DNA from: Caecitellus pseudoparvulus
Lineage: Eukaryota; Protista; Bigyra: Bicosoecida
DNA length: 64,000 bases
Direction of reading: 5' to 3'
Assembly (NCBI GenBank): GCA_965644315.1
Contig: CBFFRQ010000064.1
Span: 248,001 to 312,000, forward strand
Shown here: piece after piece, positions 1-8,847 of the stretch
Layout: the number at the start of each line of letters is the position of its first letter
Position numbering within the stretch: the stretch's first letter is position 1
Made by a program: the position numbers and the translations under genes
The notes under the pieces: generated by a model
The model's database searches: none
The model's input: the letters and a program-made list of their open reading frames with translations, nothing else
Told to the model about the DNA's origin: nothing

Positions 1-582
1 TACCACTACCTGAGCTTGTTGGATCGCATTGTGGAAGCCCAGAGGGTCCGCTTGGCGGCTGCAGGCCCAGGGCAAGTGGCCGCGGCAGATGCTGACACAC
101 CAGGGGTGGGCCCACTCCTTAGCGAGGCCGTGGAGTTGCACACATTGTACCTGGCCCCCTCCGCCTTGACCATGGTGGAGGAGGAGCGACAGTGGCTTTT
201 GGACCGCAGCGAGTGGCTCATGATGCTAGTGCATGTCACGAACCTGTGCTCTGGGCTGTTGAATTTCCTCATCATGGTCACCGTCGCATACCCGCTGGTA
301 GCCGCCCTTACCTCCCACGTGCTGGCTTCTCGAGCGCTCATGCTGACGCTGCCACCGGAAGTCGTACAGCAGGTCCCTGTGCTGCGCAAGGAGTTGTACT
401 CCATGACCAAGGAAATTCGCGGCGCCAAGCAAACCGAGCGCAACGCCATCAACGTAGCAGCCAAAGGCGGCAGCGGGCAGGGGGGGGACGTCACGTCCCT
501 CATCATGAGAGCGGACATCGTGCTGGGCAATCAAAGTGGCGCTTCGGCGCTGGGTGGCAACCCCGTGCACGCAAGGTCGTGA
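1..582 (+). CDS. 3' end of a membrane protein, possibly TmcB/TmcC-like (5' partial)
   Basis: Frame is open from base 1 to TGA at 580-582. A hydrophobic helix (LMMLVHVTNLCSGLLNFLIMVTVAYPLV) is followed by ASRALMLTLPPEVVQQVPVL, resembling the C-terminus of protist TmcB/PAS membrane proteins (recalled similarity only). Confidence 0.45.
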   Translation, partial: YHYLSLLDRIVEAQRVRLAAAGPGQVAAADADTPGVGPLLSEAVELHTLYLAPSALTMVEEERQWLLDRSEWLMMLVHVTNLCSGLLNFLIMVTVAYPLVAALTSHVLASRALMLTLPPEVVQQVPVLRKELYSMTKEIRGAKQTERNAINVAAKGGSGQGGDVTSLIMRADIVLGNQSGASALGGNPVHARS

Positions 583-608
583 AAATACACCCAATTCCAT
601 CGCTACCG

Positions 609-940
609 TTACGAGGCAGGTGCGGAAGTTGGCGCCTCCACCCCAGCCTTGCCTGCCTCTCCCTTTCCAGGCTGGCTGCCAAACTCGCAGTGGAACCTGT
701 GCATGGAGGTTTGGGGGGCCTACCTTGACAGAGCTGTGCGAAAAGCTGTGTTCTCCGCCAGCAAGTGCCTCACATTCCCGAAAACATGTGGCCTACCTCC
801 TGTAGCTGCTGCACTGTGGCGGCTGAGCTGGACGTCTGGCTCGAAAGACCCGCCATGGCACCACTCAGCTGTTGCAGCCGATTCTGCAAGACTGTGTACA
901 GCTCATCTTTGGACTTATCTTCGAGTCCTGGTGTTGCCAT
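609..940 (-). CDS. Small coiled-coil protein, Hsk3-like (DASH/Dam1 complex); 2 exons (940-774, 696-609), 84 aa
   Basis: ATG at 940, intron GTGAGG...GCACAG at 773-697, TAA at 611-609. Spliced product: MATPGLEDKSKDELYTVLQNRLQQLSGAMAGLSSQTSSSAATVQQLQEVGHMFSGMFHCEF..., matching the Hsk3 pattern K..Y..L...L.QL......G....F. Confidence 0.55.
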
Positions 941-1169
941 GGCTGTGCAGCGAGGAGTAAGGTACTCAGCCTGCAACGGCAGTGAGTCTTAGCCTGCGCG
1001 GACAGCCTGCCGATGGACAGAGGGCTGATCAATGGGACGAGTGCGCACTTTCGCACAAACGGTGTGTTCCCTTCCGTCCATCACGGTTTTGTCGGCGACC
1101 CTGCGTGTGCTACAGAGACGCAGCCCCCCCCCATGTCCACAAGCCCAAGCGCTCAGGCGACAGCTCAGT

Positions 1170-2249
1170 ATGGCCTCCTTTTCCTTCAGCTTCTTCGGAG
1201 ACGAACCAATGGAGAGTGGGGAAGAGCTTAGGAAAACAGCAGGTGCAGAAGATTCTAGCGGAGGGGATTCTTCGGCGACAAAGGCAGTGCAGAGTGGACT
1301 GGAGCAGCCATGCTCCGTGGTGCCGTTCTCGTTTTCCGCAGCCGGGAGCTGGACCGAGAAGCCTCTCTTTCCAAATGGGTTGCCCTGTGCCGCAAAAAGC
1401 GACGGTACTGAGCTTCTTCAAGGCATAAAGCAAGTCTTACCATCTTCAGCTGCAGCCCCTGGGCTCAGCACTGACCTCGCCAGCATTGCCAGCACGCGAG
1501 ACGTGGAGCCTGGCAGCTACGAAGGCGGATTCAAGACGTGGGAGTGCACGAAGGACGTCATCCAGTGCTTGGCCTGCCACCCAGAGCTCATTTCACATGA
1601 CAGCTTGGTGGTTGACCTCGGTTGTGGCACGGGCCTCGCTGGTTGCGCAGCACTACTGATGGGCGCGCGAGTGGTCTTCCAAGACCTGAATGCCGACGTG
1701 CTGTCCGATACCACCACAGCCCACATCGCGAGCAACACGCCTAGTGCATCCACCGAGAATGTTGCTTTGGTGGCAGGGCCGTGGCGCGCGCTGCCTGGCT
1801 TTCTGCCCCGCGCAGGGGATGCTGGAGAGCTTCCGTCGTGGGCCACCCCGCCAGCACATTTGGTCGTCTCATGTGAAACGCTGTACCGGGTGGAGTACTT
1901 GACGCAGTTCACGGACGCGTTACTTGCATGCATGGGGCTAGGCAGTACTGCCATCCTGGGCACCAAGCGGTACTACTTTGGGGTGGGAGGGGGCACAGAT
2001 GCCTGGATTCTGCACCTGCAAGAGCGGTTCGGCGGCGGGGCAGGCCCTGGCACGCTCTTATGTACTGATGAGCTGCCGCACATGCAAGCAAGAATGTGTG
2101 TGCAGAGCATGCAAACGGTGGAGGATGGTGGTAGCAATGTGCGTGACGTGCTGAAGGTGACATTGCAACGCAGCAGCACACAAGAAAAAGGACTGGGTAG
2201 CGAGGAGCCTACTCCCGCTCCGCGTGCTTGCTCAGGCGCTCCGTCATGA
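1170..2249 (+). CDS. METTL18: Histidine protein methyltransferase (METTL18/Hpm1 family)
   Basis: MASFSFSF start, DVEPGSYEGGFKTWEC, SAM motif VVDLGCGTGL, FQDLN, CETLY and KRYYFGVGGG signatures. Confidence 0.9.
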   Translation: MASFSFSFFGDEPMESGEELRKTAGAEDSSGGDSSATKAVQSGLEQPCSVVPFSFSAAGSWTEKPLFPNGLPCAAKSDGTELLQGIKQVLPSSAAAPGLSTDLASIASTRDVEPGSYEGGFKTWECTKDVIQCLACHPELISHDSLVVDLGCGTGLAGCAALLMGARVVFQDLNADVLSDTTTAHIASNTPSASTENVALVAGPWRALPGFLPRAGDAGELPSWATPPAHLVVSCETLYRVEYLTQFTDALLACMGLGSTAILGTKRYYFGVGGGTDAWILHLQERFGGGAGPGTLLCTDELPHMQARMCVQSMQTVEDGGSNVRDVLKVTLQRSSTQEKGLGSEEPTPAPRACSGAPS

Positions 2250-3469
2250 TGCTCTTCTGCACTTCGAAGGCCAGCAAGGAAATGCCGAACAGCGGCGCCA
2301 CCACCATCATGCGCGGGCCCACGCCCTTGAACAGTGCCGCCACGCCCTCCTCCGCCAGGATGGTGCGCAGACACCCCGCGATGCCACCATACTTCATCAT
2401 GCCACCCTTCACCTGCAGGCGTGTCTTGATGACGTCGGCAGGGGTGCAGGCGCCGCTGGCTGCTGCTCCAGAAATGCACCCTGCTGCGAGAGTGGCCGCC
2501 ACGCCAGGGTCCTTGCCCCCGATGAGAGACTGAAGGTTGGCATAGAGGGGGAAGAAGACTGCAGAGAAGGGCACATCCCGAATCAGCGTGGCCAGGGAGC
2601 CTTTGTACAGTCCCCGAATGCCCAGGTGGCGCACGACCTCGACGGGGCTCATGCGCTTCGCAGTGGGGTCCGTCCCCTGCAGCTGGAGACGGATCTTGAC
2701 GATCTCCATGGGGTTGGTGGCCACCACCTGCACGAAACCAGCACCACAGCCAGCCAGCAGCTCCTGCCACAACTGGATGGGCTTGCCCCCGTTCCGCTCC
2801 ACGAAAATCTGCCGTACAGGGTGGAAAGGGGGGGAGGGGTGTGCGTTTCATGCGAACCAGCGTTTCACAAGGGTTGCTGTGAGGCTGCGCACGCGCTTGG
2901 TGACAGCCTTGTCCAAACCGCCGGCACACGCACCTCGCGCAGCTGATCGTTTGCTGCCAACTTGATGGCCTTCTCGGGAGTGACACCGACGAGGTTGGCG
3001 CCCAAGCCTGCGGGTCGGACAGAACATTCACTCCGTGCTGTGGGTGGGCCGGAGGCGCATCACGCAAGAGGCACACCTCACCTCGATACAAGCCGCCAAA
3101 GCCTTCACGCTTGATGATGGAGCGAAAAGCGTGAATGGCACCATTATACCTCAGGCGACCTGCACAGAACATCACGTGGGGTGCACGCCCTGCAAGCTCT
3201 CTGAGTTGCCGTGCCATGGCACCCACCAAGGCGGTCTGGCTTCTGGTTCTGCAATCGGGTCTTCACGACATCGATGGGGAAGATCGCGGCTGTCCCAATG
3301 ATGCCAGCCACTGCTCCCACTGCCATCTTCTGGGACAGCGGGATCTTCACTGGCTGAGCAGTCACCACCTCCAGGTCCTCCACCTGCAAACAAACGGAAA
3401 CGTGTGCGCCATGAAACGCCGTGAAACTCCGTGTTCACTCACGTGCGGTGCATCGCTAGGGGCTGCCAT
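2209..3469 (-). CDS. Mitochondrial carrier, glutamate/aspartate-glutamate type (SLC25A18/22-like); 5 exons
   Basis: Three carrier motifs (PIDVVKTRLQ, PMEIVKIRLQ, PADVIKTRLQ), GLGANLVGVTPEKAIKLAAND and RDVPFSAVFFPLY. Four short GT-AG introns restore the frame; ATG at 3469. Confidence 0.9.
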
Positions 3470-3886
3470 GGTGCTCAAGCAATCTCAGATCTAGCGAACT
3501 TGGCCTGAACGTGGCGGCAGCTACACTGCTACTGCGTCGCTGCGCTGGGTTTCTTGCCTGCGGTGCAGAGCGCTGCCGAGGCAGTGTGCACCATGTGGAA
3601 TGAACCAGAATGTGCTCACAGTCTCAAGCAGGAGAAAAGGTGGGTGTGTCGTGTACACATGGAAAGTGGCACGTGCCGGCCACCTTGGCAGCCACTCTTC
3701 TGGGAGGTTTGGGGAGGTGAACAGGCCCCCACCCACAAGCCGGCCACCTCAGGCGCGATGGCGTGGAGCTTGCAGACGGGGCGAGCAGCCACAATGCGAT
3801 GCACGCACTGCCTGTCAAACAGGCCCTGTCACTTTGTCCATCACTCCACCCCTTCAGGTGCTTGTGGGAGCTGTCCACTCGATGCC

Positions 3887-5881
3887 ATGGCGGACCCGGC
3901 CACACATAGCCTTTCCCCAGTATGCCAGCGAAATGTGACTCTGGACCCGCCCAACCCACATGCCGCCCCGCCAGTCCAAGACCCCCATGGAGCTGCTGTC
4001 CGAAGCCCAAGCGACCCACCTGCGGATAGTTCCACGGAGGGGCCTGGTGGTGAGGATGTCTCTGCGGCCACGCCAACATCCACCACAGAGCCCCGTGCCA
4101 GTGGCTCGGCATCACCTCTGGCCGCTCCAGGTCTGGAAGAATCACCCCCAACGGAGCAGGTGGCAGGTGGGGCAGCTTCAACGCCGCCAGAAACACCCAC
4201 TCCACCTTCACTTATTCCTGCTGACAGCCAAGCCCCTAGACCTGCCTCCCCCATCTCTGCAGCTGCTGACAAACCATGCGCAGTCCATGAAACGGGCGGT
4301 GAAACGCCAGCTCACACTGGCTCCAGCAGCACAGCTCCAGTGGCGCAACTGGCCGCAAAAAGTGAAACAACATCGACCAATGGTGGTGATTTGGCTGGCC
4401 ATCATCCCCTCGCACCTGTCCAAAGTAAAGTACCCCCCAGTGATTCTGCATGCCTTCCTGCTCCGGCTCCAGCTCCAGTCAAGACTTCTGCCTCGTCTTT
4501 CTTTGCGGCAGAGCCGGATAGTGCTGCCAGTCTTCCCTGCGTATCCAGCGATCCATTCTCTCAAAGACCTGCTTCTGCAGCAGCTGCATTCTCCTCGCTT
4601 CCATTGCCTGCAGGCGGGCAGAGAAGCCGACAGGACATTGCAGCCATTACGCACACCAGCGCCCAAGCGCATGCAGCACGCCACGAAGCAGTGGTAGCTG
4701 CCACGCCAGCACCGAGCCTGTTGCATACAAGTCCCTTTCCTGCACATGAAGCACAGCCCACGCCAACGCCAGTTCCGGCGACTAGCAGGTCTTCCAGCTG
4801 GTTCAGCCAAGCACCAACCTTGCACGAGGCGAAACGCAGCGTTGCTTCCACTTCGCATGCGCCGAGCGGCGCCTCGGCTGCTGCTATTTTCGGCGTAACT
4901 CCTAGCGCTCCAGTTTCCCACACACCGGCCCCCGTCCCCCTCGATAGACGGACCTCTGCTCCCCCAGCCCCAGCCGCGACAACGTGGCAAACCTCTGCAC
5001 CCTCTGCCCCAGCTCCTGCAGCCTGGCAAACCTCGCCTCCCCCTGCACCTGCCCCTGCAACGTGGCAATCCTCTGCCCCAGCTTCACTCACCAAAGCCCA
5101 AGAAAACCCCGTAGTGCCAGCCCAGGTGCCTCACGGATCTGGGTCTTCGCTTGTAGGCCCAGACAGCAGCATTGGCTTTGACCCACTCGCCTACCGACAA
5201 CAGCTTGCGAGTGCACCCGCTCCACAGGCAGCAACTGCTTCCACAGTCTCCAGTTCAGGGCCACCATCTAGGCGAAGGACTTCAGCACTAGCGAAGCGAA
5301 AAGCTGCGGCTGCTGCCGCACAGGTTGAGATTTTGAGGCGTGAAGCGGCTGCTGCGAGAGAGCGTGAAGCGGCTGCCGCCAGAGAGCGCGAAGCGGCTGC
5401 CGCCAGAGAGCGCGAAGCGGCTGCTGCGAGAGAGCGCGAAGCGGCTGCTGCGAGAGAGCGCGAAGCGGCTGCCGCCAGAGAGCGCGAAGCGGCTGCTGCG
5501 AGAGAGCGCGAAGCGGCTGCTGCGAGAGAGCGCGAAGCGGCTGCCGCCAGAGAGCGCGAAGCGGCTGCTGCGAGAGAGCGCGAAGCGGCACAGGCATCTT
5601 CTGTCTCGCAGGGCTTCAGCACGTTCAACCCTGCTCCTGCTCCTGCTCCTGCTCCATTGTCTGCAGGGGGTGTGTCGAGTCAGGGCTTCAGCACGTTCAA
5701 CCCTGCACCTGCACCTGCACCTGCTCCTGCTCCATTGTCTGCAGGGGGTGTGTCGAGTCAGGGCTTCAGCACGTTCAACCCTGCACCTGCTCCTGCTCCT
5801 GCTCCATTGTCTGCAGGGGGTGCGTCGAGTCAGGGCTTCAGCACGTTCAACCCTGCACCTGCACCTGCACCTGCACCTGCA

Positions 5882-5913
<32 letters not shown>

Positions 5914-8809
5914 ATTGTCTGCAGGGGGTGCGTCGAGTCAGGGCTTCAGCACGTTCAACCCTGCGTTGGCAGGCAGAACGGCGTGGACTGAGGCTCAGGC
6001 GCCTCAACAGCCTCGAGTGGCTGTGCAACCAGGACAGTACCCCACCCATCCAACGTCGCGTGCAGTGATTGCCTTTGGGTTTGGTGGTCGCGTAGCAACT
6101 ATATTCCCGCCCTCTGCTGCGCCCAAACAGCTGACATATGATGCACCCATGCAGGGAACGGTACTGCGAACTTGGCGCACAGCAGAGTTGATGGGGTCAC
6201 ACCCAGTTGTGCAGGCTGTGAAGGCTTGGCCGGGCCCCGTCGGCAGCCACCCTGGAGCCCCCGCTGCCAACAAAGTTCGAGAACACATTAACAGTGATGT
6301 GACCTTGCACGGGCTAGCCGCTGCTGAGGCACGAGATTTGGGTTTGGACGGATGCTGTGGGGGAAGGCTGGCACCAGCTCGCCTGCTGACAGCACCACAT
6401 GCCCTGAGCGTGGAGATGCGGCGTGTGCGGTGTGAAAGTATCTCCCTATGGAAGGTGTTGGCGCTCATGCTGCAGCGCAAAGGCCCTTTACTAGAGGGGG
6501 CGGACCCTCCGCGCCGGGGCGCTGCTGCAGAGGCCGTGGCTGAGTTCAGCCACAGCACAGGCGAGCTGGATTACTCCGCAGGTGGGGCGGCAGAGGATGC
6601 TGAGCCTGCTGTGGGTCTTGGGGCGGATCCGAGTGCCTTGCCCCAGCTTGGTGCTTCCCTCGCCAGCGCCGGCGTGGAAGCTACGATTGAGACTGCAGCG
6701 GAGACGGGGCAGTGGACACATGCCCTGCTCTTGTCGCAGGGTCTCGGGCCAGCTGCCTTCAAACGCACTCTCTCGCGCTTCCTTGGCACCATGCCTTCTC
6801 ACAGCCCTCTTTCTTCCCTGTACCATGTGCAAGCGGGTCAGGCTGTGAAGTTGATTGGGGGCGACCAGTCCAACCCGGTGTTCAAAGCGGGCTTCCTGTC
6901 CAATTGGCGTCAGCACGCTGCCACGTTGATCCGTACGTTTGGGGCTGAGAAGGGGGTCCCACACCTCCTTGTGGCGCTGGGCGACGTGCTGTGGCGCACC
7001 TGTGGCTCCACACCCGCGGCCCACATGCTGTACCTGCTCGCAGGGGGAACACCCAGCCGTGAGCCACAGCTGAAGCACTGTGGTCCACACAGCACCCCCT
7101 CTTGCATGCCTCGGGGAACACAGTGGGAGGCAGAGTACGGAAGCAGCAGCCGCATGGTGCTAGTAGGCGGCAACCACCGTGGCTTCGGCACTGCGTTCCG
7201 GGGTGACACCATCTCCCTGTGGCGGACGGAGGTGTGGGAGTTTGCGGCAGGGCGAGGCAAGCCAACACCAGCGTCCCCGGCCCTGGCGCCGTATAAGCTG
7301 ATGCACGCGCTGTGGTTGACAGACTTGGGCATGCTGGGCAAGGCGTCTGACTACCTCGCTGCTCTTGAGCACACGGTGAGGTCCTGTGGCGCTAGTCTCC
7401 CCACTGCCTCGCCGCCCACAGCAGGCACGGCAGGGCCCTTTCACCCTGCCTTCTTGACGTCGTTGGCACTGCTTCGGCATCGCTTGACTCAGGCTGGGGG
7501 TGGACAGCGCTTCGGCGTAGGGTTGGGACAGACTGGAGCGGCAGGTGGCGCTGGAGAGGGTGCTGCATCACGGGCAGGCACTTCCTGGTTGGGCGGACTG
7601 CTCGGTGGCTGGTCCAAATCTGCACCAGCGCCTGCTCCGGAGCCAGCCCCAGTGCCGGCGCCCCCGGCGTCGGCGGCGCCCCAGCCAGCACCTGCACCAC
7701 ACACCTCGCAGCCAGGAACTGCGCCTGCACCTGCTCCGGAGGCAGCGCCGAAGCCTAGTGGTGCAGGCAGCAAGTCAGTGTTGTCCGGTTGGCTGCCCAG
7801 CCTGCAGGGTATCTTTGTGCGAAAGGGCGTGACAGTTGCCAAGGGTTTCAATCCCAATGCGGCCCCCAGTGCCGAGCCAGTGTGGGATGAAGCCAAGGGC
7901 AGGCTGGTGTTCCCTGGTGATGACAGCGAGGATGAAGTGGCGGAAGGGCCCCCTCCCATGGCCATGGCCCCTGCGCCAGCTCCTGCTACGGACGGGCAGG
8001 GTACAGGGCCTGGCCCGGGACCTCCTGCTCCCGGCGTGCCTGCAGCGGGGCCTGTCGCGTTTGGCGGCTCCCTCATGCGACGAAAGAAGAAGCAGGCGCC
8101 CGCTGCAGCCGCCACCCCCGCTATGCCCACCGGAGCGCCCTTTGGGGCGCCCAACGCAGCCGCTGGAACCTCCACTCCGCCTGCGGGCGCAGCGGCACAG
8201 CCACCTCGAGCGACCACCACAGCGGCACGACCGCGGGCTGAAGCCAAGCGACCCAAGTGGGGTGCCGCACGGAAACAGGGTGGGGCGCGCAAGGGCCGCA
8301 AAGAGCGCCTGGGGCAGGCAGCAGCCGCCCGCAATGCTGCGGCCCTGGCAGGGCACAGCACCCCCTCCCAGCCTGCGCCTGCTGAGGCCTCTTCCTCTGC
8401 CAAAGTACAGGAGGATGCTGGCGAGCCAGCTGCCCCGCCTCCCGCCCCAGCTGCTGTGCCGACATCCAGCGGAGGCGGACAGTGGTCACAGTGGGCCCCG
8501 CCACCTGGGGCATCCCCAGCACCCGCGTCAGGAGACGTGGATGAGTGGCGGGCGCAGTTTGCTGCTGTGAGCTCTTCCCTCGCGGCACAGACAGCCGAGC
8601 CTGAGCCAGCGGTGGGCGGGGCCGGGCCGTCGACGACAGATGCCCGAAGTGGCGGTGCAAGCGCGGGTGGCGCGGGAATCGCACCCAGCACACAGGCACC
8701 AGTGCACGCTGGCCCCCCCTCCAGCACTCAGCCAGTCTTCGCGAACATGGCGGGGGCAGCACATGCGCTGCACACGCCTGGGCACGGGGAGCCCCACATC
8801 GGCCTGTGA
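3887..8809 (+). CDS. SEC16: COPII scaffold Sec16
   Basis: Central conserved domain: [77 protein letters not shown]-terminal [10 protein letters not shown] motif; low-complexity flanks. Start at 3887 (MADPATH) is inferred. Confidence 0.85.
5341..5580 (+). repeat. Coding tandem repeat, 24 bp x10 (EAAAARER), in Sec16
   Basis: Unit (c/t)gaagcggctgc(t/c)gc(g/c)agagagcg repeated 10 times, in two synonymous variants. Confidence 0.95.
5606..5964 (+). repeat. Coding repeat: [10 protein letters not shown] x5 with variable (PA)n-LSAGG spacers, in Sec16
   Basis: cagggcttcagcacgttcaaccctgc occurs 5 times, separated by (cctgca/cctgct)n tracts of different length. Confidence 0.95.
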
Positions 8810-8813
8810 GAGG

Positions 8814-8823
8814 CAATGCATTG
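8814..8823. terminator. Palindromic CAATGCATTG, candidate bidirectional 3'-end/polyadenylation element
   Basis: Lies in the 38-bp gap between convergent stop codons; the same core recurs at other gene ends. Confidence 0.5.
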
Positions 8824-8847
8824 AGCATCGAGAGGACAGGCCATGGC

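Noticed and set aside
3554-3886. N-terminal extensions given by the ORF track (Sec16 from 3554, WW protein from 11931, membrane protein from 33204, Sen2 from 15455)
   Set aside because: They begin at non-ATG or upstream codons in probable promoter or UTR sequence, and their composition is Cys/Trp/Arg-rich and non-coding-like; downstream ATGs fit better.
5341-5964. Regularly spaced repeats resembling a CRISPR array
   Set aside because: The units are in-frame coding repeats of Sec16, the spacers are (PA)n codons rather than unique sequence, there are no cas genes, and the context is eukaryotic.
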